Shown: piece by piece, positions 1 to 12,740 of the stretch | Numbering within the stretch: the stretch's first letter is position 1 | How the letters are laid out: every line of letters starts with the position of its first letter | DNA from: Octopus vulgaris | Lineage: Eukaryota | NCBI GenBank assembly: GCA_951406725.2 | Contig: OX597818.1 | Coordinates: forward strand, 16,368,001-16,432,000 | Direction: 5' to 3' | DNA length: 64,000 bases | Position numbers and translations under genes: made by a program | Notes under the pieces: model-generated | Told to the model about the DNA's origin: nothing | Database searches by the model: none | Seen by the model: only the letters and a program-made list of their open reading frames with translations

Positions 1-200
1 TTTTTATCAATTATATGGACTTCAAAATTGAAAACTTGTTTGCCTGATCTTACTAGACGAGTTAAATTTTTAATGACAGTGGGAGAAATTTCAGTTGTAC
101 AATTATTTCTGTGTTCTTTTGCATATGTGTTTAGTGATGTGAGAGAAATAATAAGGATGACTGATAAAAGAGGTGCTGTTACCATCTGCATGACAGCCAT
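1..200 (-). CDS. 5' end (partial, runs off window) of tandem multipass membrane protein family, copy A; near-identical to copy D
   Basis: 1-200 matches 61141-61340, the start of the 914-aa ORF (MAVMQMVTAPLLSVILIISLTS...); ATG at 198-200. Confidence 0.85.
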   Translation of the reverse strand, partial: MAVMQMVTAPLLSVILIISLTSLNTYAKEHRNNCTTEISPTVIKNLTRLVRSGKQVFNFEVHIIDK

Positions 201-210
201 GTTTCGTTTT

Positions 211-1839
211 CTGTAATAAAGAAAAATTGAACATATAAATTAATGGAGGTTTAATTTCATTTTCCTTATTCCGTAACTATTTAGAATGGAAAATATTTAT
301 TCAAAACTAAAGGTAACTGTCTTGTAGCTTGTTTAGTTTTGTTTATTCTTTAATCATGCTTTCGTTCATAGTCATGCTGTGTATATTTTCATATCAATCT
401 CTTGACACTTCCTCTTGAAATTTTTATTGTGATTTCTTTGAGTGCAAAAAAAAAGAAAGAAAGAAAGAAAGAAATAAAGAAAGAAAGGAAGAAAGAAAGA
501 ATGAAAGAAAGAAAAAAAACGGACAGAAAAAAGATACATTTTACACGGTATTGGATGGTTCCTAGTTGAAGATTAGTCCAGTTTTATCAAAATAGTAAAA
601 TATTATATCAGTTGAATCAAGTGATATTTGAACTAAAATTATGGATGTATATATATCATAATGAAGAAAGTTATTCATTAATTATATGTGTAACAGTTAC
701 TAAAAGAAAGCAATTATTAAAGGCTTGACCATCTGGAATTTTTTATAAATTCATGTTCCAAGAAATTTCCTGTAATTTTGATTTCTGAAGATTATGTAAT
801 ATTTGAACTACAAGTGTTTTTACAGATTTGAATATTCAGAGTAGACTTTAATGTTTAATAAACTATATTCGTTGCAGGTGAAATTTTCCATTTTCATTTG
901 CAACAGTCTCTCACTCTCTCTCGCCTCTATTTTCATTGATGATAATTTAATATATATTCATTTCAATATTTTCATTTCAATTTTTAATTCGCTATTTGCA
1001 AATCCTACAGTTTATTCTATATACGTAATTTTTAAAAAAATTATTTAATGAATGAATGAATGCTATTAGACAAAATAGCTGTATAACTTTAAAGCTTATG
1101 TTAATATCAGTTTCCGGAATTTGTTAAATGAATAATTTTGATAAAATGAAAATTTCTTAATATACCGGCATAAATTTTTTAATAAATAAAGAAGAGATTT
1201 TGTTGGTGGCTGTTTGGAACGCTATAAGCCTTCCAATAATAAACATGTGATCGCTGCTACTTCCAGCACGCTAAACGTAGTTGGGTTACCTTGAAGATTC
1301 TTTAAATGAGAGGTATATTACAACAACGATAAATTACTGGAAGAAATATTTACTAAGCAACACTCCTAGTTTGGTTTCATTATTACACAAATATCACTTT
1401 GGAATTTTGTGTCCAAAAAAATTTGCGACTGAAAATATCAATGTGAAAATATTGTCAAGTGGCTAGCAGAAAACCACCCGGAGGGCAATCTTTCTGCAAG
1501 TGGGATTAATATTGGAAATAATTTCATTATTTTAATAGGCTGGTGGCAGAAAGTTGGCAGAATTGTTTGCATGCCGGATAAAATGCTTTGTAGTGTTTTT
1601 GTCTGTCTTTATATACTATTTTCAAATTCCACCGAGATCGGCTTATTTTTTCGGGGTCAACAAAAACTTCTATCTTTTAGTCGTTTCAGTCGTTATACTG
1701 CGGCTCTGCTAGGACCCCACCTTTAGCTTTTAGTCGAATGAATCAACCCTTATACTTATTTTTAAGCCCAGTACTCATTCTGTCGATCACTTTGCCCAAC
1801 CGTTAATTTATGGTAATGCAGTCACACAAACACCAGTTG

Positions 1840-1879
<40 letters not shown>

Positions 1880-2804
1880 TATTTCCTTGTCCTGTCTTTT
1901 ACTGTTTTTGTCGTTATTTATACTGTTTTTTTCTTCATTTGTATTGCTTTTACGTCCTGTTCTTGTCACTTTTTTTTTATTTTACCCCTCCGCAAATGAA
2001 TCTTATTTAATTCATTTTGCGGGAAGGACTGCTTCGGTGTTGTCGTGTTCTGCCCTTACCTTCGAAACAAGCATTGAGTCGAAACAGGGGCAGCTGAAGA
2101 AGGGGAATTTTCCTTGTGTTGTTTGTCTTGTACTCTGTTTTTTCGTTGTTAAAAAAAGTCCTTTTCCTTGTTTGGTTTTATGTTATCGTTTCTCGTTGTG
2201 TTCTACGTTTATTTGTGGTGTCCTGTACTCATATATGCATGTATATATACATATAGATGTAGGTACGTACATATATGTATGTATGCATATGTTTTATTTA
2301 TTAAATTGTTATTATATATATGCACACACATATATATCAGTAAACAAACAGGGAGTATCAAGGATTGAATAGAAAGAACACAACAAAGAAAAAATTTAAC
2401 GGAAACACAGCAAACAGAAAACTAAGGAATCCGTGACAAGAGTAAAATTAGACGAAAACATAACCAACGGAAAATTCGACAAAAACATGGAACATCGAAA
2501 ATTCGTAGCTGATTTCCTCATCAGTGAATGTCCAAATTATCCTGGTGGTTTCTCTCTTTGTGTCAAAAAATGACTACTAAATATTACTTATATCAGCGCT
2601 TAAATTTTTTTTGAAAAGGATACATTGGCTATAATAATTTCGAGTGGGCATTACGCCTTTGTAGACAGGATAGTGGTCGGAGATGGAACATTTTGTACAA
2701 TAGAACTACTTGTTCAAACTTACCTTTCAGCTAAACAATAGCAACAATACCAACGACGGTGACCACAACAACAGCAATAACAATAGTAAGAAATGTTTTC
2801 TTAC
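211..2804 (-). promoter_or_regulatory. Putative 5'-UTR intron of copy A (donor AG|GTAAGA at 2804, acceptor tttctttattacAG at 211)
   Basis: An acceptor with pyrimidine tract sits 10 nt before the start codon in all four paralogs; the donor lies in an upstream block conserved in all paralogs. Confidence 0.55.
1545..1835. mobile_element. Degenerate SINE fragments in the intron, shared with 15240-15500 and 62720-63015
   Basis: Similar to the SINE tail seen at 47910-48100 (tttcagtc...ctgcggc...tcgacccc...aagcccagtac). Confidence 0.5.
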
Positions 2805-3376
2805 CTTTTGTGAGCGAGTCACTTCTCAAACACGAAAATGTAATTTTGTTCGCTTTCCTGGTTAAAATAAATGTGCGATAAGATAGTTGGTCTGCACAAT
2901 AATAACTTTAGTTTGATTTAATGGCTTTAAATACAGACATAAATACATAGATACATACATTCATATTTATATACACACATATATACATATATGAATATAT
3001 ACATACATAACCTAGACAACGACAATGCTCTCTGAGTATATTAGTTGCAAACAACTTGCAGAAAGAAGTGCTAACAGTTAGATATCACAGATGCCAGATA
3101 CTACCTGATGTATGAGGTCATCAAGAGAGAAGGCACATCGTTCTGAGAACTTTCTTTCGCTGGTGTTATTGCACATTGACCCCACTTACAGAGATAAGGC
3201 CCCGCTTACTAGAGCAACTGTTTCATGTGGTATTCTTCTAGCCACTTAGTATAAAGGGGGGGGAGATATGTGTAAGAATGTATTTACATAGGTAGACGTG
3301 TATATGTCTGCATGTCGTGAGTGTTTTTGTATGTATGCATATACGGGCACACACACACACTCATATATATGTGTGT

Positions 3377-3885
3377 GTAAACGCTCTAAGTTAAGTCATA
3401 TTTAGGCAATGCATATAATTAAGGCTAAAGTATCTTCCTGGTTGCTAACAAAAATTTAATTAGCCTTTACTATTTAATTGAAATAATACTGTTTTTTAAA
3501 CAATGGCGGTGAAACTTAATAGACATTTTCAATGTTTTAGGTGCCTAATATCCATGTATGGATATGTTTAAAATTTCACACTCATATATATATGAGTGTG
3601 AAATTTTAAACATATCCATACATTTTCCCTTTGTCACTACTATACCTTTATTAAATAGGACTTAACTGATATCAAGTATCCTGTTTACATTATACCTTCT
3701 CATGTCCAAAATATTAGGCACCTGAAACATTGAAAATGTCTATTAAGTTTCACCGCCATTATTTAAAAAACAGTATTATTTCTATTAAATAGCAAAGGCT
3801 AATTAAATTTTCTTAGCAACCAGGAAGATACTTCAGCCTTAATTATATGCATTGCCTAAATATGATCTAACTTAGAGCGTTTACT
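3377..3885. repeat. Foldback inverted duplication centred on ctcatatatatatgag (~3588)
   Basis: 3377-3550 is the reverse complement of 3712-3885; 3555-3622 is a perfect palindrome. Confidence 0.85.
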
Positions 3886-4344
3886 CACAGTTATAGAACG
3901 ATAATACACACACAATAACGTCTTAGAATGCATTCTAAATATACGAGGTGGTATCAAAATATTCCCGGACTAGTTATCTTCTTATATAATAACACGTTTA
4001 GTGTGACCCTGTCTTTCACGCTGTACGCTGTAGGTAAAAAAAGTAGTAAAACAACACACGAAGTGGCAGTGAGTGGTAGTCAGAGATGCTAAAGCAGACA
4101 GACAATATTTAAAGGCTCTACTCGGAAGACGCTAGGGAAAGACGAGTGACAGTCTGAGGCGGCGACGGTCAGAGGTGAGCTCTGAATTCCCCACAATGAA
4201 AATGAAATCAAATTTTCATCGTAAATTATATCTCTCGATTTCACAAGCACACACACACACACACACACGCACACATTTACACACACACACACGCATTTGT
4301 ATGCACATGCATAGATTTATATACATAGGTATGTGCATGTATGA

Positions 4345-4395
<51 letters not shown>

Positions 4396-5009
4396 AGGTT
4401 TTGGTATCCAGAAGACCTAAGATGGCAGGTAAGGCTATGAAAGTGCTATGGAAGGATAATAGACCTCCGGTCCGATAATATAAATTTTAAACAGCGATAC
4501 GCTGCGCATCTCAATTCTTTTAGAGATGAGAAACACAGTAAACCCACAACCCACGCCAGTCGCATACATCATCACAAAAATAGGAATATTACATATAACT
4601 TATGATGGTCCATAATAGATTCAGGGCTTTCATACCAAGGTCACGCTCAGCCTGCAAGTTATATCTAAAAGAAGCATTCAACATATTAAAGCATCACTTT
4701 TCAATACTACTAAATAAATATAACGAGACCCTAGGTACATACAACCACCGCTTTTTTTCATACCTTCAAATTTTACCTCAGATCTAAATGCAACCTAAAT
4801 CACTACACTGTACATATATCGAACACCCTTTAGACAATCTCCAGCAGCCCAATTCGACTTTCCAATGTCTTAATTTTTTAACTTTTCAATTTTTTTATTG
4901 TTTAACTATACATTTTAAACAGCAATACCATGCGCATCACAGGTCTTTTAGATTGGTTTCCGGTATGCGGAAATTTAGATTGGTAGCACTTGCACAAAGT
5001 TGTTTGCAA

Positions 5010-5062
<53 letters not shown>

Positions 5063-5069
5063 GTATATA

Positions 5070-5550
5070 TAAAATTTTATAATTATGAGTATAATTATAA
5101 TTAGGGTTCAGCAAAAATTTGCTTCACCACATAAAGAAATTTAGAAATAGCAGTTAAAACTAACTATCTCACTACCATAAGAAAATCTCCCAGACTGCAA
5201 TACTCAACAACCCACCCAGGTAAAGAGAAACAAATAACGAATCCACCCGGCTATGATTAACTATATACGCGTTTCGGAGCTAGACAGATGTGGAAAATGT
5301 AAAATCATATTTCCACTCTATCATTCTCCTCTTCAGTACAGTAATTCAAGATTTTAAATTTGAGAGCAGCACTGCAAAAATTAAACATGCCTTATCTGAC
5401 CAGGCGACATCAGACAACATACATCTAACGACCAGTACTTCCGAATTCAAACAGAATTATGCTCATAATTATAAACTTGTATGTATCGAAACATTTGTAA
5501 CGATTAAAAAGTTGCCTAACCATACTTACTCTTCCTTTTGACTCTTTTAA
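5070..5550 (-). mobile_element. Short TA-flanked element carrying a hammerhead ribozyme (Penelope pLTR / retrozyme-like), paralog of 9595-10020
   Basis: Shares aattagggttcagcaaaaatttgcttcaccacat...tttagaaatagcagttaaaa and further blocks with 9700-10020; contains the hammerhead core. Confidence 0.55.
5260..5343 (-). ncRNA. Minimal type-I hammerhead ribozyme
   Basis: Minus strand: ACUGUA-CUGAAGA-GGAG(long stem-loop)CUCC-GAAAC-GC-GUA-UAUAGU; helices I and II pair, and helix III is the short palindrome ACGCGU. Confidence 0.75.
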
Positions 5551-5553
5551 TAT

Positions 5554-5638
<85 letters not shown>

Positions 5639-5753
5639 AAGCTTAGTTGGAAAAGGATGCGTGGCGTTCGATCATAGAATAATATAAATAATATATAAAT
5701 ATATGCATATATACAAATAGATATATGTACATACCTACACACATACACACACA

Positions 5754-5848
<95 letters not shown>

Positions 5849-6977
5849 ATACATATATGGGTACAAGACAAAAAAAACGTAGACACAATGAGAAACGAAA
5901 ACATTAAAAACAAAAACACAGAAAACGAACTTTTTTCGAACAACGAAAAAAAAAACAAACAGAGAAACGAGACATGCAGCATAAAGAACATTCCCTTCAT
6001 CAGTTGTCCCCCGTTTCATCTAATCCGCGTTGCGAAGGTAAGGACAATATGCAACTTCGTTAAAACAGTCCTTCCCGCAAAGCAAATTAAATGAAATTTG
6101 AGATTTTTTGCGGAAGGTGAAAGTGGTAACAAAAACAGGACAGTGAGAACAAGACAGTAAAAACAAATGGTGAGGGCTATTAAGCCAAGACGATGTGAAG
6201 ATTATGAACGCTAGAAAAACGAAGTTTGAGAAGAGACATGTAAAAGCACGACTTGTCTTTAGGAAGGATGTGGAAGAAAGATAGATGGCCTTTCGTCATG
6301 TGTCAGCGACGAGAGAGTGAAGGAGGAAGAGTGAGATAGAGAGAGAGGGAACGGTGAAGGGGAGAGGAGAAGAGTAGGGAAAGGGTGGGAGAGAAAAACA
6401 GAAAAGAAGAACAAGAGAGGGAGATAGATAGACAGAGAAGAGATAGAATAAGAGTGCGCGTCGTAATTATTAAGATAAAACATATTTGGAAAAGGACGTG
6501 TGGCGTTCGTTCATATAATAATATAAATAATATATAAATATATGCATATATGCATACATATATGTACATACCTACAGATATATGTATATATACATGCATA
6601 TATGGATACAGGACATTTAAAAATCGTAGACACAATGAGAAACGAAAACATAAAAACAAAAACAGAAAACGAACTTTTTTTCGAACAACAAAAAACAAAC
6701 AAACAGAGAAACTAGACATGCAAAATAAGTTTTTCCCTGTTTTATCTACTCCGCGTTTCGAAAGTAAGGACAATACGCGACTCCGTTAAAACAGTCCTAC
6801 CTTCAAAGCATCGTCTTGGTTTAACAACCGTCACGTTTGCTTTTACTGTCTTGTTCTCACTGTCCTGTTTTTGTTACCACTTTCGCTCTCCGCAAAAAAC
6901 CCAAATTTAATTTAATTTGCTTTTTTTACCTGTTCAAAGTATGTTTTTACCTTTTCATATTATATTCGCTATCTGTT

Positions 6978-7068
6978 ATCTTCTTCTTCTTCTTCTTCTT
7001 CTTCTTCTTCTTCTTCTTCTTCTTCTTCTTCTTCTTCTTCTTCTTCTTCTTCTTCTTCTTCTTCTTCT
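6978..7068. repeat. (TTC)n microsatellite
   Basis: Direct inspection. Confidence 0.95.
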
Positions 7069-7114
7069 CCTCCTCACTGCTATTACTCTTATTATTGTTA
7101 TTATTATTATTGAG

Positions 7115-7877
7115 TGAGAGAGCAGTGCATGCCATCAAAGTGACACTAGAGTAAAATATATGAAGCCCAGTATACTCATCATGACTATCCGTCTAATAAG
7201 GGTACAGTAGGCACATGCATCATACCCATATGTACGTGACATGGTAATCTCATATCAAGATAAGCAGTGCATGACCTTGCAGGTGGGGCTCAGAATTTTC
7301 TTCAGGTCGAGTAGCCCATCCCGCTTAAAAGGTCCCTGAATAAGGAATGAAACACCCATGTTTCCAGAAGTGAATTATTCAAACCCCAAAGAATTCCTCT
7401 CAACACATGGCTATGATGCTCCCCCACTACTTCTGCTCATGATCAGAGATGCAAATATCGCCAGCCATTAATGGACATGTTTAACTGGTTGGGGTCAAAG
7501 AACTGACAAGGAAATCTGTGGTATTGAGGAGAATATTTGCTGTAGCCCATTTTTATACCAAGACAAAACAATGTTCCTGATAACACTTCCAATCAGTTAA
7601 GATCAGAAGCCATGAGAATCACTGCCTAGTACTGCATATTATTATTATTATTCAGCAGTTTTATTTTTATAATATGCTTTCACTGCATTACCGAGCGCAG
7701 CTCTGTGTGCCTTAGGTATGTGCTGTGGTTTGCCGTGATGCTCTTATGGTAATTGTATTGAAAGCGTTTTATGCAGGATATGTGCAGTGCCTAGTAGTAC
7801 TATTTTCTGTATGTTATATATAATTTTTAGTCCTGGTGTTTTTGTTATGCATTTGTCTGAATGTTTTTTATCATACC

Positions 7878-7880
<3 letters not shown>
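7115..7880 (-). mobile_element. 3' end fragment of a restriction-endonuclease-type non-LTR retrotransposon with (TAA)n tails
   Basis: Minus translation near 7760-7815 gives NIQKIVLLGTAHILHKTLSI, typical of the R4/Dong C-terminus; flanked by (TAT)n. Confidence 0.5.
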
Positions 7881-7946
<66 letters not shown>

Positions 7947-7999
7947 TATTATCATTATTATTATTGTTGTTATTAAGGCTTACAGTATCGTAGATATCG

Positions 8000-8910
8000 A
8001 TAGACCTATATCTTAAAAAAGTCTTATCTTATATGTCTCAATTTGGTTTTTAAAATGCTTATTCAAGATGAATAATGCATCATCCCTGTATAGACCACCT
8101 CCTAGCTCAGGAAATTCCCTACTTATTATAAACAGCATATACATACCCATCAGATTAGTGACTTGTGCTGAATCCATTGATCCCATAGTTATATCGAAGT
8201 TATCATTTTTATCCTTCCTTAACCAGTCCTTATTCCGAAATTTTATAATTGATTTTCTTGCCGCTAAACTTACGTTTGTTTCTTCATGGTTAGTGCAGAG
8301 TTTTCTTAGCAAATAAAAGCTTTGTTAAGTAGGATGGACTTTATAGATGAGTAATAGCTATTTATGTAGATTTGTATAAATTTATTTATATATTTATTAT
8401 CTATCTTATTAAACCAATTGATTACTTCATATGAGCTAGACCAAAAAGTTAGTTTAATTATAATTCTTAAAGTGGATATATATTTATCCATGATCATCTA
8501 ACTAATCTCACCAAAGTCTGATTCCGAGAGGCATATGAGACTTACATTAAGCTTAGTCCTGAAATTAGGATTGTGGTCCTTAATGATAATTCTTGACATT
8601 CTGAGTTCATAAGGTTCTGTCTTCTTGGCTATCTTATATTTTTCCATTGCATACTTCTTAGGTTGTTGCTGTTTGCTACTTTATAGTTCTTAGTTATTTC
8701 TTCCTTAAGAAGTCTTTGATACTAAGGAATGCTTATATTAGAAAGGATACCTGTCTTTTTTTGGCATAAACCAGTGCGCCTTTCTTCCTTAGTACTTTTA
8801 TAATAGAGTGGAATTTCCTTAGAGGTTCCTTTCTAGGTAGAGGGAATTTATTACGGTTAATAAATTTAATATTCTTGACTATATACCTAGCAACCTAATT
8901 TGAAAAGGTA
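8000..8910 (-). mobile_element. Degenerate Penelope-like element reverse transcriptase
   Basis: Motifs FDITMGSMDSAQVTNLMG and GLYRDDAL, plus FIQIYINSYYSSI..LLNKA in an adjacent frame, resemble PLE RT motifs. Confidence 0.7.
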
Positions 8911-8924
8911 AATTGTAAAATTTA

Positions 8925-9122
8925 CCTTTATATATATATACACACACACATATATATATATATATGTATATATATGTATATATATATGAATATATATATG
9001 TATATGTATATATATTTATATATATATATATATGAATATATATATGTATATGTATATATATTTACATATATATATATATATGTATGTATATGCATATATA
9101 TATGTATACATATATATGTACT

Positions 9123-9157
<35 letters not shown>

Positions 9158-9287
9158 CGATGTATATGTACGTGTATATATATGTATATATGAATTTGTA
9201 TGTATATATATGTATGCATGTATATATATTTATATATATATATGTATACATCTATATATATACAGTATACGTACATGTATAAATGCA

Positions 9288-9340
<53 letters not shown>
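8925..9340. repeat. Compound (TA)/(TG) microsatellite
   Basis: Direct inspection. Confidence 0.9.
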
Positions 9341-9346
<6 letters not shown>

Positions 9347-9594
9347 CCAAACTGTACGTACGCTGCCATATGTATATAAAAAGGAATACAAAAAAGGACA
9401 ACAAAACATCCAGACAGATTAAACAAAAGAGGGACAAGAAAAAAACACGGACGGGTCATTCGAAATTCGATTGAGGAAAGAAAACATTGAATGACCTGTC
9501 TGTTTTTTCTTCTCCCTCTTTTGTATCATCTAAGTGGATGTTTTGCATTCTTTTCCCGTTTTTTGTATTCCTCTCGCTCTCTCTATGTATATAT

Positions 9595-10020
9595 ATATTA
9601 ATTTAATAATTAACAAATTTCACTATGTAGCTACGGTATGAAAAAAAAAACCATAATCGGTAAAAACTTATACAAAAACCTTTTTTATAATTATAAATAT
9701 AATTAAGGGTTTAGCAAAAAGTTGCTTTACCACATACCGAAAATTTAGAAATAGCAGTTAAAAACCGCTAATTCTTTTAACTACAATATATCTCCATAGA
9801 CCGCAATACTTGTAACTCACATAGGCAACAAGGAAAAAAATCGAAATCAACCAGTCTTACGATTAATCATGTACGCGTTTCGGGATTAGAATTTTAAAAT
9901 TCATTTCCCTCATCAGCATGATATTTCAAGATTATAAATTTGAAAATGCTAAACCTACCCGTTGCATCCTCGATCAAGCGACATCGAAACATAACATAAG
10001 ATAGAACAGCACTTCCGGAT
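9595..10020 (-). mobile_element. Short hammerhead-bearing element, paralog of 5070-5550
   Basis: Block-wise homology to 5070-5450; hammerhead at the equivalent position. Confidence 0.55.
9866..9922 (-). ncRNA. Minimal type-I hammerhead ribozyme with a perfect core
   Basis: Minus strand: AUCAUG-CUGAUGA-GGGA(loop)UCCC-GAAAC-GC-GUA-CAUGAU; 6-bp helix I, 4-bp helix II. Confidence 0.85.
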
Positions 10021-10036
10021 TTATATAAATTTATAT

Positions 10037-10508
10037 AAATTTAGAAAGTCTTACAGCTGTTTCCGGGATATTTCATATAACCCTTCATCGGAGACGGTGT
10101 GAGAAAATGGTTACACAAAAGTTAATTTGGATAAGATATGAAATAGTGAATGAAGTGAAGCAATGAAAATAGACGTGAGATATGCATGGATATTGCATCT
10201 GTAGATCCATTATTTAGGCAGAATGGTATACATATAAGATTTCAAAACCTTGTGAGTAAGTTCCAACAGTACTTAACACTATTGGAACTTACAAGGTATT
10301 GGAATCTTATATGTATACCATTCTGTCTAAACAATGGATCTACAGATGCAATATCCATGTATATCTTACAACTATTTTCATTCCTCCACTTCACTCTCTA
10401 TTTCATATCTTATCTAAATTAACTATTGCTTAACCATTTTCTCGCATCGTCTCCGATTAAGGGATATATAAAATATCCCGGAAACAGCTGTAAGACATTC
10501 TATTTATA
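10037..10508. repeat. ~470-bp imperfect palindrome with hammerhead-like motifs near both outer ends
   Basis: The arms are reverse complements about ~10272; motifs gtct-ccgat(g/t)a-aggg..ccc-ggaaac-agct-gta-agac at 10048-10095 (-) and 10449-10496 (+). Confidence 0.8.
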
Positions 10509-10615
10509 AATGTTCTAAAATCTTTCATAGCCTTGGATTTTTATCTCATTCTGAAAATATATATATATATATATATATAATTTTCAGAATGAGATAAAAA
10601 TCCAAGGCTATGAAA

Positions 10616-10735
<120 letters not shown>

Positions 10736-12109
10736 TAGGTCCTGGTAGGATATAAAGGTATTGTATCTCCTAAGGAGGCCTTAATGGACGACCTGACACT
10801 TCTATCTATAGACAAGCAAATCTTGCAGAGTGCCCTCACGAGGCTAGACAAGCTGATAAAGCAATACAGGGTGCGATTTAGAGCAAAAAAGACACGTATT
10901 CTAACATTCTGGACTATTAACACTGTCGGATTCCAGACTCATACCGAAATTCTTCAGGTGTAGAAAATCCCGGTTTCATGACCTTAAAAACGTTGTGTGG
11001 GTGTGCTGAAGAGTAAACTATAATACAAACAAGAAAACGAATAAATCATTTAATTCACCTTTAATGATTCGTTACAATTATTTTTGACTAACTTTTCTGT
11101 TAACAATTATTTACGTAAATAATTCGAAGTTAAAATTTGTGTAACGTTTGCGGCTTTAGACATTCGAGTTGCACTTCGTCAGACTTGCATCAAAGGTGTG
11201 GCTCTTACGTTTTGCGTCGTCCAGACATGGCATTTTTTTTTTTTGCTTATATCGGGAGGAAACGAAAAGTGGATAGAAGTATTGTTAGACGGTGAATAAT
11301 TAGTATAGAGATCATGAGAGAAGGAGAAAAAGGAAAAATAACAAGAACTACGGACATTAATAAATGAGGAAAAGACAATATATAGCAAACCAGTGTATCT
11401 GGACTAAAGATTCTCAGAATGGTCAGTCAATACAACATTATGACCGGTACAAAAATTCATTTGATGTGTGAGAAATTATTTCAGTTTAAGATTAAAAGTA
11501 TGAGACGAATGAAACTGATGACAATGGTAAGAACTATTGCCAGAAATTACTTTAATTGAAAAGTGGTCAAAAAAGTTATAATCTATGTTAGTTTTGAACG
11601 AATATAGTTTAGATAAATTGATGATATATAAAATAGAGAAAATAGAGGAGATATAGGAAAATCAATTTGAAATTTAAAATTTTAGTATGTCCAAGAGCAG
11701 TGGCATAATTACAATAGCGAGTCGTATAAAATGTAGTAGATAAGATGCTTAGATTGAAAGTAAATACTTAGCTAGTAATATAGATATGACAGCCCTATAA
11801 AGCAGACTGTAATAAAACACGATCAAGGTAAAAAGGGATAAGATAAAATATATAATGTATTAAGTTTGAAGGTTAAGTATAAGAGTTTAGAATTAGCAGA
11901 AATAAAAATGTTATGTAAGTTATACAGTAAGTTGCGAATTCTTTATAAATGGAATAGTAGATAAAGCCGTAGAGAGGGAAAATTGATAGTTAGCTAGTAA
12001 TATGCATATAATGGGATTGGAGTAAAGCATAAATGTATGAAGTTTAAAATCATAAATTTACAAGTAAAATATAAAAAATTGTAAATTATAAATTGAAAGT
12101 GACATACAT

Positions 12110-12740
12110 CTTGGAACAAATGGCCCATATACAATCACATAAGAAGGCCTTAATGAATAACCTGGAACTTCTATCTATAGACAAGCAAATCATGCAGAGT
12201 GCCCTTACGAGGCTAGATGAGCTGATGAAGCAATAAAGGATGCGATTTAGAGCAAAAAAGACACGTATTCTAACATTTATTAAGGCAGTGAAAAAATTAA
12301 ATTAAAATTTAAAATAGCAAGAGAAAGTATCCCAACAGTTAAAGAAGAACACGTAAAGAGCTTGGAGTGTATATAGGCTGGAATATTGCCAGAGAAGAGT
12401 TGCGGGATACAGATAATGAAAAATCCGGATGTAGACTAACAGCAATTGATGAATCAAACTACTAGGGATGTAAAATATGGCGTTTTCATTTCGGCTTATA
12501 TGTGCGACCTTTGTGGCCACTTTTAATATACGAGGTGGTACTATCACGAGTTCAAATCATTGAACAAAAGTGCAATGTATTCTATAGAACAGCTCAGCTC
12601 TTTATCGTAAAAGAGGCACGTTGCAGTTACCACTGCAGTCGAAATTTATAAAACAGGGAAGATGCGAACAGTAATGATGCTAAGAGTATCGAGGGAGCTA
12701 AAAATCAGGCGTAATCTATCAGATTACTATGCACAGTAGT
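12110..12740 (+). mobile_element. Fossil non-LTR retrotransposon RT fragment abutting the 3' end of copy B (partial duplicate at 10735-10920)
   Basis: Homologous to 57850-58520; the duplicate reads [12 protein letters not shown]...LTRLDKLIKQYRVRFRAKKTRILT, an RT core 'MDDL' motif. Confidence 0.55.

Larger units (their letters stand above)
1..2835 (+). repeat. Segmental duplication, copy 1 (matches 61141-64000)
   Basis: Near-identical sequence with only a handful of substitutions plus microsatellite length changes; the ORF track repeats (28/61123, 851/62028, 1281/62458, 1887/63052). Confidence 0.95.

Noticed and set aside
28-216. Plus-strand ORFs opposite the family genes (28-216, 12860-13147, 14337-14615, 61123-61356)
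   Set aside because: Antisense shadows of the real minus-strand CDS.
1887-2372. 161-aa hydrophobic ORF duplicated at 63052
   Set aside because: It lies in a low-complexity repeat element (related inverted copies at ~5640-6170 and 6470-6960), and its conservation is explained by the recent duplication; the ctgaaga/ctgatga words in it did not fold into a convincing hammerhead.
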